Origin: an uncultured delta proteobacterium
Lineage (GTDB): Bacteria > Desulfobacterota > Binatia > Binatales > Binataceae
Assembly: GCA_963842085.1 (NCBI GenBank)
Contig: CAWJET010000001.1
Coordinates: 2,336,001 to 2,400,000 of the forward strand
Reading direction: 5' to 3'
DNA length: 64,000 nucleotides
Part shown: positions 50,083-60,404 of the stretch, piece after piece
Position numbering within the stretch: position 1 is the stretch's first letter
Layout of the letters: every line of letters starts with the position of its first letter
The notes under the pieces: generated by a model
Databases searched by the model: none
What the model was told of the DNA's origin: nothing
The model's input: the letters and a program-made list of their open reading frames with translations, nothing else
Translations under genes and position numbers: made by a program

Positions 50083-51267
50083 ATGAACCCGGCTAGCTTA
50101 CACATTTTGACGATCAATGGCGGCTCGTCGAGCATTAAATTCGCGTTGTTTGAAGCTGGCGAGCCGCTACGCCGCGCGTTGGAAGGAAGTATTGACCGGA
50201 TCGGCCTGCCGGGCGCCACGTTTGCAGTAAAAGGTTCGGAGAACTTTTCGCGACTGTTGCCCGTGCCGAACCACACCGTAGCAGTGAATGTGTTGATGGA
50301 TTGGCTGGAGAAACGCAGCGGCCATGATGCATTGACCGCGGTGGGGCATCGTGTGGTGCATGGCGGGCCGAAATATTTCGAGCCGCAGCGAATCACTGCG
50401 GAGATGGTCGAGGATCTGCACGGGCTCAGTCCTTTCGATCCTGAGCATATGCCGGAGGAGATCCTGCTGACCGAGGCGTTTCATCACCGATTTCCTGACC
50501 TGCCCCAAGTCGCGTGTTTCGACACGGCTTTTCACCATGACCTCCCGCAAGTCGCCCGGTTGTTGCCGATCCCGCGCCGCTACGAAGCGCAAGGTGTGCG
50601 GCGGTACGGGTTCCACGGGTTGTCGTATACGTTTCTGATGGGAGAACTGGCCCGCCTGGCCGGATCGGAAACGGCACAAGGCCGGATCATCCTCGCACAC
50701 CTGGGCAACGGCGCGAGCTTGGCGGCCGTGCGTGACGGCAAATCCGTGGACACAAGCATGAGTTTTACCCCAACAGCCGGGGTGCCGATGAGTACCCGCT
50801 CAGGCGATCTCGATCCCGGACTGGTTTGGTATCTGGCGCACACTGAAAAAATGAGCGCGAAGGAATTCAACGAGATGGTCAATTTCCAGTCCGGGCTGCG
50901 CGGCATGTCGGGGACTAGTTCCGACATGCGTGACTTGCTCGACCGTGAAACGCAGGACGTGCGAGCGGCTGAAGCGGTCGCACTGTTTTGCTACCAGGTC
51001 AAGAAATGGATCGGCGCATTCGCGGCGGCGTTGGGCGGATTGGACACGCTGGTGTTCACCGGCGGGATCGGCGAAAACGCGCCCAAGGTCCGCACGCGGA
51101 TTTGCGATGGGCTGGGATTCCTTGGAATCGAACTCGAAGAGAAGCGAAACGCAGCGAATGAGGGCGTGATTTCTGCAGCGGCAGGCCGGGTCGCGGTCCG
51201 CGTCATTCATACGGACGAAGAACTCATAATCGCCAGGACGGTTTGCCGCGTTCTCGGCCTTGGCTGA
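50083..51267 (+). CDS. ackA: Acetate kinase
   Basis: NGGSSSIK, GHRVVHGG, FDTAFH, RYGFHG, HLGNGAS, GGIGEN and TDEE. Confidence 0.96.
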   Translation: MNPASLHILTINGGSSSIKFALFEAGEPLRRALEGSIDRIGLPGATFAVKGSENFSRLLPVPNHTVAVNVLMDWLEKRSGHDALTAVGHRVVHGGPKYFEPQRITAEMVEDLHGLSPFDPEHMPEEILLTEAFHHRFPDLPQVACFDTAFHHDLPQVARLLPIPRRYEAQGVRRYGFHGLSYTFLMGELARLAGSETAQGRIILAHLGNGASLAAVRDGKSVDTSMSFTPTAGVPMSTRSGDLDPGLVWYLAHTEKMSAKEFNEMVNFQSGLRGMSGTSSDMRDLLDRETQDVRAAEAVALFCYQVKKWIGAFAAALGGLDTLVFTGGIGENAPKVRTRICDGLGFLGIELEEKRNAANEGVISAAAGRVAVRVIHTDEELIIARTVCRVLGLG

Positions 51268-51284
51268 AAGAAGCGAATTGAACC

Positions 51285-53714
51285 ATGAATACAAACACTC
51301 TTTCCCCGGAACTGCTCCACAAGATGGATGCGTACTGGCGCGCTGCCAACTATCTGTCGGTCGGCCAGATTTATCTCTATGACAATCCGCTGCTGAAGGA
51401 GCCACTGAAACTGTCGCACGTGAAGCCGCTGGTGGTCGGACATTGGGGCACGGTGCCAGGTCAGAACTTCATATACGTGCACCTCAACCGGGTCATCAAG
51501 AAGTATGACCTGGATATGTTCTACATTGCCGGTCCGGGCCACGGTGGGGCGGCGTTGGTGGGCAACGTTTACCTCGAAGGCACCTGGAGTGAGATCTATC
51601 CGAACGTCACCCAGGACGAAGCCGGGATGAAAGAGCTGTTCAAGCAATTTTCGTTTCCCGGCGGGATCTCCAGCCACGTTGCGCCGACGACGCCGGGCTC
51701 GATTCACGAAGGCGGCGAGCTGGGGTACTCGCTCAGCCATGCTTTTGGGGCCGCGTTCGACAATCCCGATCTGATCGTCGCCTGCATCATCGGCGACGGC
51801 GAGGCGGAAACGGGCCCGCTGGCGACCGCATGGCAGTCCAACAAGTTTCTCGATCCAATTACCGACGGAGCCGTGCTGCCGATCCTGCACCTCAATGGCT
51901 ACAAGATCAGCAACCCGACCGTGCTCGCCCGCATCGAGCACGAGGAGTTAGAGCAATTTCTGCGAGGCTGCGGCTGGACGCCCTACTTTGTAGAAGGTGA
52001 TGAGCCGGAGAAGATGCATCAACTCATGGCCGCCACCATGGAAAAGGTCATCGAAGACATTCGGCAAATCCAACGCAACGCACGTGACAAAAACGACACC
52101 ACTCGGCGACGTTGGCCAATGATCGTTCTGAGATCGCCCAAGGGTTGGACAGGCCCGAAAGTTGTCGACGGCTTACAAATCGAAGGCACCTTCCGATCGC
52201 ACCAGGTGCCGCTGCTGGTGGACCCCGAGCATCCCGACCATGTCAAGCTGCTTGAAAGCTGGATGAAGAGCTACAAGGCCGAGGAGCTGTTCGACGAGCA
52301 TGGCTGTCTTATTCCGGAATTGGCCGAACTGGCGCCCAAGGGCGAGCGGCGGATGGGCGCCAATCCGCACGCCAACGGCGGCATCCTGCTGCACGATCTG
52401 CGAATGCCGGATTTCCATGACCATGCGGTGAAGGTGCCTTCGCCCGGCGCCGTCGAGGGCCAGGATACCCTGGTGCTGGGCAAGTTCCTGCGTGACGTGG
52501 CCAAGCTGAATCAGGAGCAGCGCAATTTCCGGATCTTCGGTCCCGATGAGACACTGTCGAATCTGTTGGGCGCGGTTTTTGAAGTCACCGACCGTCAGTG
52601 GGACGCCCGGGAAGTTAAGAATGACGAATTCCTCGCGCCCGCCGGACGCGTGCTGGACTCGATGCTCAGCGAGCATCAGTGCGAGGGTTGGCTCGAGGGT
52701 TACCTGCTCACCGGACGGCACGGGCTTTTCAATAGCTATGAGGCCTTCATTCGCATCGTCGACTCAATGTTCAGCCAGCACGCCAAGTGGCTTAAGGTGA
52801 CGTCGGAACTGCCCTGGCGCCGGAAGATCTCGTCTTTGAACTATCTGCTGGCCTCCCACGTCTGGCAGCAGGATCACAACGGCTTCACGCACCAGGACCC
52901 AGGTTTTCTCGACCACGTGATCAACAAGAAGGCCGATATCGTGCGCATCTATTTACCGCCGGACGCGAACTGTCTGCTGTCGGTCTTCGACCACTGCCTG
53001 CGCAGCCGGCATTACGTCAACGTGGTGGTTGCAGGCAAGCACGCCCTGCCCCAATGGCTGACGATGGATGCGGCGGTCGTGCATTGCACGGAAGGAATTG
53101 GCATCTGGCAATGGGCCAGCAACGACCAGGGCGCCGAGCCGGACGTGGTGATGGCCTGTTGCGGAGATACACCCACGCTGGAGATCCTGGCTGCCGTTTC
53201 CATCCTTCGCGAACATCTGCCTGAACTGAAAATCCGGGTGATCAACGTCGTCGATCTCATGAAGCTGCAGCCCGCCACTGAGCACCCTCACGGTCTCAAC
53301 GAGAGAGATTACGACTCGCTTTTCACCCAGGACAAGCACATCATCTTTGGCTTCCATGGATACCCATGGCTGGTCCACCGGCTGACCTACCGGCGCACCA
53401 ACCGCAACCTACATGTTCGGGGCTATAAGGAAGAGGGCACTATCACGACGGCCTTCGACATGAGGGTGCAGAACGATCTGGATCGATTCCACTTGGTTCA
53501 AGACGTGGTGGATCGCCTTCCGCATTTGGGCGCCAAGGGGAGCTATCTAAAGCAGATGATGCAGGACAAGCTCATCGAGCACAAACATTACATCGACAAG
53601 CACGGCCAGGACTTGCCGGAAATCCGGAACTGGAAATGGAAGCAGCCGAGCAGTAACAACGCCGATCCGAGATCATTCGGGATGGAATCGGGAAGGCAGC
53701 TATCTCATGAATAG
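51285..53714 (+). CDS. xfp: Xylulose-5P/fructose-6P phosphoketolase
   Basis: [28 protein letters not shown] and [12 protein letters not shown]. Confidence 0.97.
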   Translation: MNTNTLSPELLHKMDAYWRAANYLSVGQIYLYDNPLLKEPLKLSHVKPLVVGHWGTVPGQNFIYVHLNRVIKKYDLDMFYIAGPGHGGAALVGNVYLEGTWSEIYPNVTQDEAGMKELFKQFSFPGGISSHVAPTTPGSIHEGGELGYSLSHAFGAAFDNPDLIVACIIGDGEAETGPLATAWQSNKFLDPITDGAVLPILHLNGYKISNPTVLARIEHEELEQFLRGCGWTPYFVEGDEPEKMHQLMAATMEKVIEDIRQIQRNARDKNDTTRRRWPMIVLRSPKGWTGPKVVDGLQIEGTFRSHQVPLLVDPEHPDHVKLLESWMKSYKAEELFDEHGCLIPELAELAPKGERRMGANPHANGGILLHDLRMPDFHDHAVKVPSPGAVEGQDTLVLGKFLRDVAKLNQEQRNFRIFGPDETLSNLLGAVFEVTDRQWDAREVKNDEFLAPAGRVLDSMLSEHQCEGWLEGYLLTGRHGLFNSYEAFIRIVDSMFSQHAKWLKVTSELPWRRKISSLNYLLASHVWQQDHNGFTHQDPGFLDHVINKKADIVRIYLPPDANCLLSVFDHCLRSRHYVNVVVAGKHALPQWLTMDAAVVHCTEGIGIWQWASNDQGAEPDVVMACCGDTPTLEILAAVSILREHLPELKIRVINVVDLMKLQPATEHPHGLNERDYDSLFTQDKHIIFGFHGYPWLVHRLTYRRTNRNLHVRGYKEEGTITTAFDMRVQNDLDRFHLVQDVVDRLPHLGAKGSYLKQMMQDKLIEHKHYIDKHGQDLPEIRNWKWKQPSSNNADPRSFGMESGRQLSHE

Positions 53715-53958
53715 TACGAAGCACAGTCACCACCCGCACGAAGGTCCGGACAGCGACAGTGTTCCTCATGGCTTCCATCGTCCGTACTGGAAACATGCGC
53801 ATCATGATTGGCGTTTGTGGGTCGCCGTGAGTTTGATGCTTGTGGCCCTGCTTACCTATGTGATGAGCGATGACTTGGCATGGCGACCTCGCAGTCAACC
53901 GCAGAGCGCGCGACCAAGGTCGGTCGGCGCTATATGGAAGGAATCTGGCAAGGGTTAA
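53707..53958 (+). CDS. Small single-TM hypothetical protein
   Basis: His-rich N-terminus, [11 protein letters not shown], then a hydrophobic helix; overlaps the xfp stop. Confidence 0.65.
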   Translation: MNSTKHSHHPHEGPDSDSVPHGFHRPYWKHAHHDWRLWVAVSLMLVALLTYVMSDDLAWRPRSQPQSARPRSVGAIWKESGKG

Positions 53959-53961
53959 AAG

Positions 53962-56751
53962 ATGGCTACTGAGAAGAGTTCACCAGAAGATGCGAAGACT
54001 GTAAACGATCCAAAGGACTCCGCGCCAGAAGGATCCGAGGCAAGTACAGCTAAGTCCAAGGGTTCGAAGCCCAGCGTGGATGAGACCCGCAGGCGGGCCT
54101 ATGGAATTTTTCAGGCTCGCCATGGTGAACCCGGCAGTGCGCTCGAGGACTGGCAAAAGGCCGAGGCCTCAGTTTCCGCAGATGCAGCCAAGGCAGATAC
54201 GTCCAAGGCCGATGCGCCTAAGGCAGATGGGGCAAAGGCAGATGCATCTAAAGGTGCTATGAAGGTACCAACTGACACCGGGACGATCGAGGAAGCGGTC
54301 ACCAAGTTCAAGTCGAGTATCAAGGATGGGCTGACCCAGGAAGAGGCGGCCGGCCGGCTCAAGAAGGACGGTCCCAACGCGATCGAAGAGAAGCGCATCA
54401 GCCCCCTCAAGCGGTTCCTGACGTTTCTTTGGGGACCTATCGCGTGGATGATCGAAATTGCTGCGATACTCTCCGCAGTGGTTCGGCATTGGGAAGACTT
54501 CGTCATCATCTTTTTCATGCTGGCGCTGAATGCGGTGGTCGGCTTCTGGGAGGAATTCAAGGCCGACAACGAGATCGAGGCGCTCAAAAAGAATCTCGCA
54601 CTGCATTCGCGAGTGCTGCGCGATGGCAAGTGGAGTGACGTCGAGGCGAAGACCCTGGTGAGTGGGGATATTGTCATGGTCAAACTCGGCAATGTCATCC
54701 CCGCCGATATGAAGCTGGTCGATGGCGACTACCTCAGCATCGATCAGTCGGCGCTGACGGGCGAGTCACTGCCGGTCGACAAGAAGAAAAACGACGTCGC
54801 GTATTCAGGATCAATCGTGCGAATGGGCCAGATGAATGGGCTGGTCGTCGCCACCGGAATGAACACGCTCTTCGGCCGCACGGCACGACTGGTCGAGAGC
54901 GTTCAGACGGTTTCCCACTTTCAGAAGGCAGTCCTCAAGATAGGTAATTTCCTCATTCTGATCACGCTCGGCCTGGTCGCATTGATCCTGACAGTCGCGC
55001 TATTTCGCGGCGACCCGCTGGTCGAAACCCTGCTATTCGCACTGATTCTTACGGTAGCTGCAATCCCGGTCGCATTGCCCGCCGTCCTGTCCGTCACGAT
55101 GGCCGTCGGCGCATCCGTGCTTGCCAGGATGAAGGCTATCGTGTCCCGCCTCGCCGCGATCGAAGAGATGGCCGGCATGGACATTCTCTGCTCAGACAAG
55201 ACCGGCACGCTCACCAAGAACGAGCTCAAGCTGGGCAGTCCTGTGGTTTTCAAGGCGAGCAACGATCAGGACCTGATCCTGGGAGGGGCCTTGGCGTCGC
55301 GAAGGGAGGGCGGCGATGGCATCGACGAGGCCGTCCTCAAAGGTCTCAGCGATCAGTCGGCGTTAAAAGCCTATCAAATCACTCATTTCACGCCGTTCGA
55401 TCCGGTCAGTAAGCGAACCGAGGCCGAGGTCAAACACGACAATGCCACTTTCAAAGTCTCGAAGGGCGCCCCGCAAGTGATTCTGGATCTGGTCCATCCC
55501 GATGCGGACGCGCGCAAAAAAGCTGAAGGGCAGGTTAACGATCTGGCGGCCAAAGGCTATCGCACCCTTGGTGTCGCGCGCACCAATGCCCAGGGAAAGT
55601 GGGAATTCCTTGGACTACTGTCTCTGTCCGATCCGCCCCGCGACGATTCAGCCTCGACCATCGCGACCGCGCGAAAAATGGGGCTGCAGGTGCGCATGGT
55701 AACCGGCGACAATCTCGCAATAGCGCGCGAGATATCGCGCGAACTCAAGCTGGGACCGAACATCGCGGTTGCGAGCGATCTTTTTCCCGACGGTAAGGCT
55801 GACGACAGTGATAAGGTAGACGCGGCCGACGGTTACGCAGAGGTTTTTCCTGAGCATAAGTTCAAGATCGTCAAGGCCCTTCAGGCGGGTGGACATATCG
55901 TCGGAATGACCGGTGACGGCGTCAACGACGCTCCCGCGCTCAAACAGGCCGATTGCGGAATCGCGGTAAGCGGCGCGACCGACGCCGCTCGTGCGGCCTC
56001 GGATCTGGTGCTCACGGCGAAAGGTCTCTCTGTAATCACCGCTGCCATTGCAGAAGCGCGCAAGATATTCGAGCGCATGAACAGCTACGCAATCTACCGG
56101 ATATCCGAAACCATCCGCGTCCTGCTCTTCATGACGCTCGCGATTGTGGTGTTCAACTTCTACCCGGTAACCGCGGTCATGATCGTGCTCATCGCGGTCC
56201 TAAATGACTTCCCGATCATGATGATCGCGTACGACAACACCATCGTAGCTCCACGCCCGGTGCGCTGGGACATGGAACGCGTACTTACCGTCAGTTCGGT
56301 TCTCGGCGTGCTGGGAGTTATCGCTGCATTCGGCCTTTTCTGGATCGCAGAGAAGTACCTTCACCTGCCCCGGCCCATGGTTCAGAGCCTCATCTTCCTC
56401 AAGCTGCTGGTCGCCGGTCACCTCACCATTTACATCACGCGAAGCGTGGGAACGTTTTGGCGGCGCCCGTGGCCCAATTGGCGTCTGGTCGTTGCCTGCG
56501 AAACAACCCAGGTCATCGGAACCCTGGCCGCGGTCTATGGATGGGGCATGACGCCGCTGGGATGGAAGTACGCACTGTTAGTGTGGGGCTATGCGCTGGT
56601 ATGGTTTTTCATCAACGACATGGTGAAGGTTGAGGTTTACCGCCTGATGCATCTGGGCACGGCACGCCATCAGCGCCACCTGGCAAGAGTCAACGCCAGC
56701 CTTCATCCGGCCGGAGTCCCCGCCAAGGCGGCGGCTCCAGCCGCCAGTTAA
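53962..56751 (+). CDS. Plasma-membrane-type proton-efflux P-type ATPase (P3A) with an N-terminal DUF2934-like domain
   Basis: TGES, AIPVALPAV, DKTGTLT, KGAP, DPPR, TGDGVNDAP and YRISET. Confidence 0.93.
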   Translation: MATEKSSPEDAKTVNDPKDSAPEGSEASTAKSKGSKPSVDETRRRAYGIFQARHGEPGSALEDWQKAEASVSADAAKADTSKADAPKADGAKADASKGAMKVPTDTGTIEEAVTKFKSSIKDGLTQEEAAGRLKKDGPNAIEEKRISPLKRFLTFLWGPIAWMIEIAAILSAVVRHWEDFVIIFFMLALNAVVGFWEEFKADNEIEALKKNLALHSRVLRDGKWSDVEAKTLVSGDIVMVKLGNVIPADMKLVDGDYLSIDQSALTGESLPVDKKKNDVAYSGSIVRMGQMNGLVVATGMNTLFGRTARLVESVQTVSHFQKAVLKIGNFLILITLGLVALILTVALFRGDPLVETLLFALILTVAAIPVALPAVLSVTMAVGASVLARMKAIVSRLAAIEEMAGMDILCSDKTGTLTKNELKLGSPVVFKASNDQDLILGGALASRREGGDGIDEAVLKGLSDQSALKAYQITHFTPFDPVSKRTEAEVKHDNATFKVSKGAPQVILDLVHPDADARKKAEGQVNDLAAKGYRTLGVARTNAQGKWEFLGLLSLSDPPRDDSASTIATARKMGLQVRMVTGDNLAIAREISRELKLGPNIAVASDLFPDGKADDSDKVDAADGYAEVFPEHKFKIVKALQAGGHIVGMTGDGVNDAPALKQADCGIAVSGATDAARAASDLVLTAKGLSVITAAIAEARKIFERMNSYAIYRISETIRVLLFMTLAIVVFNFYPVTAVMIVLIAVLNDFPIMMIAYDNTIVAPRPVRWDMERVLTVSSVLGVLGVIAAFGLFWIAEKYLHLPRPMVQSLIFLKLLVAGHLTIYITRSVGTFWRRPWPNWRLVVACETTQVIGTLAAVYGWGMTPLGWKYALLVWGYALVWFFINDMVKVEVYRLMHLGTARHQRHLARVNASLHPAGVPAKAAAPAAS

Positions 56752-56835
56752 GGAGGCGGTGAACCAGTCGGCTCGACCGCACGTCCCGGCGCCGCCGCGT
56801 GGGTCAACAGCGAACCCGTAGGAGAAACCGCAAGG

Positions 56836-57714
56836 ATGAACTACCGGAAGAGATTCGTCGTCGAGCCTGGCGCCAAGGTCCGCCTCGATAAGATTGACCC
56901 GGGATTCAAAGACAGGCACGACCAATCGCACCAAGACGCGACGCCGGAGATCCAGAAGCACGTCGAGCGCCTGGCCAAGGCGCAGTATCTGCTGTACGCC
57001 GACGGAAGCAAGTCGCTGCTGGTCGTACTGCAGGCGCTGGACGCCGGCGGCAAGGACGGAGTCGTGCGCCACGTGTTCACCGCAATGAACCCGCAGGGGA
57101 CGTTGGTCGCGAGCTTCAAACAGCCGAGTAAGATCGAAGCGGCCCACGACTTCCTTTGGCGCGCCCACCTGCACACGCCGGCCAAAGGGCAAGTCGTGAT
57201 CTTCAATCGGTCGCACTATGAGGATGTGTTGGTGGTGCGCGTGCACAAGATGGTGCCGAAGTCGGTGTGGTCGAAGCGCTACGACTTGATCAACGATTTC
57301 GAGCAGATGCTTCACGACAACGGCACGCGCATCCTCAAGTTCTATCTCCACATCAGCCCCGAGGAGCAGCTCGAGCGCTTCGCGCAGCGCCTCGATGACC
57401 CGATGCGGCACTGGAAAATCAGTGAGGGCGACTACTCGGAGCGCAAGCTGTGGCCGGAGTATATCAAGGCATACGAGGAAGTCCTGGAAAGGACGAGCAC
57501 CAAGCACGCCCCGTGGTACGTGATCCCGTCCGATCACAAGTGGTTCCGCAGTCTGGCCATTTCCGAGATTCTTGCCGACACGATGGAGGACATGGACCTG
57601 AAGCTGCCGCCGGCGCAGGTGGACATTGCGCAAATTCGTCACAAATATCACGCTGCGGCGGCGCAACAGGCGCGGCGCGGTCACAAGCCGCCGAAGGCGC
57701 CGCGCAAGAAGTAA
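56836..57714 (+). CDS. ppk2: Polyphosphate kinase 2 family protein
   Basis: QALDAGGKDG, HDFLWR, FNRSHYEDV, KFYLHIS and APWYVIP. Confidence 0.94.
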   Translation: MNYRKRFVVEPGAKVRLDKIDPGFKDRHDQSHQDATPEIQKHVERLAKAQYLLYADGSKSLLVVLQALDAGGKDGVVRHVFTAMNPQGTLVASFKQPSKIEAAHDFLWRAHLHTPAKGQVVIFNRSHYEDVLVVRVHKMVPKSVWSKRYDLINDFEQMLHDNGTRILKFYLHISPEEQLERFAQRLDDPMRHWKISEGDYSERKLWPEYIKAYEEVLERTSTKHAPWYVIPSDHKWFRSLAISEILADTMEDMDLKLPPAQVDIAQIRHKYHAAAAQQARRGHKPPKAPRKK

Positions 57715-57889
57715 GTACATCATCAACCCAGCAAGATAGTGAACGTGGCACCCGGAGAGCTGCACCAGAACAATCTTCCAGATAGATGGGAGGATACCTG
57801 CTGGCCCACTTCGGCCTTATAGTTGAACTAAAGGGTTCGTCTAGCGGAACGCCTAATCTACCGATCGTGAACCAGCAAGGAGGTCTCGC

Positions 57890-58246
57890 ATGATCAAGAC
57901 AGAGATTATCTCCGCCAACGCGTTGAAGATCGCGGTGCCGGATAAATTGAAGGCGGACGACTTCCGCCAAATTGCGCCGCAAATCGATTCTCTCATCAGT
58001 CAGCACGGCAAAATCAGATTGCTGATCGATGCTTCCGGTTTCAACGGCTGGGAGAATATCGCGGCTTTTGAAAAACATGCCGGCTTCATAAAAAACCACC
58101 AACAGAAGATCGAGCGCATCGCGGTCATCGCCGCGCATGAGTGGCAGCATTGGCTGATTGGCGCAATCAGGATCTTCGTCCATCCGGAGGTAAGAGCCTA
58201 CGATAAGAGCCACGCAAGCCAGGCGCTGCGCTGGATCGTCGGATAA
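57890..58246 (+). CDS. SpoIIAA-like (STAS/SEC14-type) protein
   Basis: KL..DD, HGKIRLLID..F.GW and IERIAVI; AGGAGG SD. Confidence 0.85.
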   Translation: MIKTEIISANALKIAVPDKLKADDFRQIAPQIDSLISQHGKIRLLIDASGFNGWENIAAFEKHAGFIKNHQQKIERIAVIAAHEWQHWLIGAIRIFVHPEVRAYDKSHASQALRWIVG

Positions 58247-58280
58247 GCACGAGGCGCCTGAAGACGAGTTCAACGGCAGT

Positions 58281-58406
58281 TCGGCAGCGCGAGTATTGGC
58301 GGACCTGCAACAGGATCTGATCCGCCGCCGCACGGCGCTGGTGCTGGTTCACACGGAATCGTCGCTGCGGGCGGATCTGCACCGCCACCGGCTAAGCGAC
58401 GTCTAG
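58281..58406 (+). pseudogene. Fragment resembling the STAS domain of a SulP transporter
   Basis: SAARVLADLQQDLIRRRTALVLVHTESSLRADLHRHRLSDV*, with no start codon. Confidence 0.45.
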
Positions 58407-58434
58407 AAAAAGCCCCGAATTTCCTGCGGAACAT

Positions 58435-58792
58435 TGGTGGAGGCGGGGGGAATTGAACCCCCGTCCGAAGGCCTTCCGGCGACGGCCACTACACGCTTAG
58501 TCTGCGAATTTTAGCTCGCGTCAGAAACGCCCACAGACGGGCTTCGCTAACGCCAGCCGGCTGAAGTTTCGGTAAGCCGCCCAGCCGGTGAACTGCGGTT
58601 CCCTAGCCCACTAAATGACGCCCCGACCCGCTGCCATGGGCGAGCAGCGGCGGGACGCTAGCGGCCCTTAGGCCGCCAGAGCGTAACCGTTATTGTCTGC
58701 GGGTAAATTTCGCAGTCTGCCAGTTTTACGGGTCGACAGCACCCGGCGTGCGACCATGGCCATATTGTCTTCGTCGAATCCAGTTCGCCCCC
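58435..58792 (-). ncRNA. ssrA: tmRNA; tag peptide ADNNGYALAA
   Basis: 5' GGGGGCGAACTGGATTCGAC; 3' GACGGGGGTTCAATTCCCCCCGCCTCCACCA; tag ORF at 58668-58700; adjacent smpB. Confidence 0.97.
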
Positions 58793-58840
58793 ACGATGGT
58801 GGGTCTTCGATACGAGGCCAGTCGAAACGGTTACTTATTT

Positions 58841-58869
58841 AATTTAAGGCTCGAACGCCGCGTTCGCAA
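58841..58869 (-). promoter_or_regulatory. Sigma70-type promoter for ssrA
   Basis: TTGCGA-N17-TAAATT on the minus strand. Confidence 0.6.
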
Positions 58870-59002
58870 CAAGGGCTGAGCCCTTGACCCAGTGGCCTGA
58901 GCGGCTCCGTTGTCGCCCCGTACAGGGAAAAGACAGCGGGATTCCGGGCGAGCATCGAACCTCTTATCTGGATTCCCGGGCCCGGATAAACTGGTCGATT
59001 CG

Positions 59003-59494
59003 ATGGCACGCGATTCACGCAACGGCAAACCGTCCGCCGACGGATTCGACCTGGTGGTCGAAAACCGCAAGGCGCGGCACGACTTCTTTATCGAGGAGAC
59101 GCTCGAGGCCGGCCTCGCACTCACTGGCACCGAGGTCAAGTCGCTGCGGGCGCATCGCGCCAACCTGCGCGACAGTTACGCGCGCATCAAAAACGGCGAA
59201 GCATTTCTCGAGAGCGTCCATATCGGCGCCTACGCGCCCGCCGGCCAGTTCAGCCACAAGGAGACGCGCGCGCGAAAACTCCTGATGCATCGCCGCGAGA
59301 TCGATCGCCTGTGGGGCCGCGTGCGCGAGAAGGGCTATTCGATCGTTCCGCTGAGAATCTATTTCAAGAACGGCCGCGCCAAAGTTGAGCTTGGACTCGC
59401 CAAGGGCAAACACTCCTACGACAAACGCGACGTGATCGCGCGCAGGACGTCCGAGCGCGAAATCGAGCGCGCGCTGAAAGGACGCAACCGCTAG
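59003..59494 (+). CDS. smpB: SsrA-binding protein
   Basis: NRKARHDF, EAGLALTGTEVKSLR, RKLL.H and GKHSYDKR. Confidence 0.97.
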   Translation: MARDSRNGKPSADGFDLVVENRKARHDFFIEETLEAGLALTGTEVKSLRAHRANLRDSYARIKNGEAFLESVHIGAYAPAGQFSHKETRARKLLMHRREIDRLWGRVREKGYSIVPLRIYFKNGRAKVELGLAKGKHSYDKRDVIARRTSEREIERALKGRNR

Positions 59495-60351
59495 AGCGCC
59501 GGCTCGCTCGCGGCGAATTGCCGCAATTCGGCAGCCAGGCTCTGGAAGCGGGCGACGCTCGCCGATAGTTGCGCAGGTGTGGTGCCGACGCTTCCCAACA
59601 CGCTCGCGACGGTCGCGTGAAATCGCGCCGGCTTGATCGCGAATCGATTCGACTCCGCGAACGCGCCTTTTTCGTTGAGAAAAAATTTGCGATTCAGCGC
59701 GTATAGCACCAGCGTCATGAATCCCGCCGCGCGGAACAGGCATCCCGCAACGTACATCACGTCCGCGCGCTCGGCCGGCTTCGCCGCGATCGAAATTTCG
59801 AATTCCGCGTCAAACAGATGCTTGGTTACGGCAGCGGCACGAAAATTTTCGGGATATTCGCGCACCAGCGACTCGAGGTCGGCAATCGCGCGGTTTGCAG
59901 CGTAAAGCGGACGGCAGGCGTGAACTTCGCCCGCGTAGATCTGCATATGAAATCTCAGCGGATGGCCAAGCTGATAGATGCTGCGCGGGCGGCCGGCGAT
60001 GCACTCCTCGATCGCCTCGCGCACGGCGCCAATTTCACGGTAAAGAAAATCGACGTGATGGCCACGAATCTCGAGCCATCCGCCGCCGTTCACTCCCGGT
60101 CCCCATTCGCCGAACGAGGTCACCAACCCGTCACCATGACGATCGTCAAGCTCTTTGGCAGCCGCTCCCAGAGCCGCCGTCGAAAAGGGATGCGCGCCGT
60201 CATAGTAAATTCCGAGATCGACATCCGATCTTTCGTCGGCAGTACCGCGCGCGCGTGATCCGCCAAGCACGATTGCCTGTACGCCGTCGACCTTCGCGAC
60301 GCGGCCCATGACCTGGCTGATTACTTCCTCGATTTCGCGCTGACTAGCCAC
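59491..60351 (-). CDS. Nucleotidyltransferase-domain protein (Pol-beta superfamily)
   Basis: LGGSRARG..SDVDL, WGP.VNGGGWL and NEKG. Confidence 0.85.
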   Translation of the reverse strand: MASQREIEEVISQVMGRVAKVDGVQAIVLGGSRARGTADERSDVDLGIYYDGAHPFSTAALGAAAKELDDRHGDGLVTSFGEWGPGVNGGGWLEIRGHHVDFLYREIGAVREAIEECIAGRPRSIYQLGHPLRFHMQIYAGEVHACRPLYAANRAIADLESLVREYPENFRAAAVTKHLFDAEFEISIAAKPAERADVMYVAGCLFRAAGFMTLVLYALNRKFFLNEKGAFAESNRFAIKPARFHATVASVLGSVGTTPAQLSASVARFQSLAAELRQFAASEPAL

Positions 60352-60404
60352 TGGCCGAGCTTAAGTCGCGCGCCCAAATCGAGCAACGAATTCGATTTGA
60401 ATTT

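Larger units (their letters stand above)
49931..58434. mobile_element. Genomic island integrated at the tmRNA 3' end; no integrase retained
   Basis: Bounded by the tmRNA 3' end and its degenerate copy; cargo looks less GC3-biased; a gene fragment lies near the right boundary. Confidence 0.65.

Noticed and set aside
58435-59494. Divergent ssrA/smpB arrangement
   Set aside because: Linkage is common and orientation varies among bacteria; the tmRNA is an ordinary one-piece form with a standard ALAA tag
59491-60351. Nucleotidyltransferase as a CBASS cyclase or MNT-HEPN antitoxin
   Set aside because: No effector or HEPN partner is adjacent and codon usage is host-like
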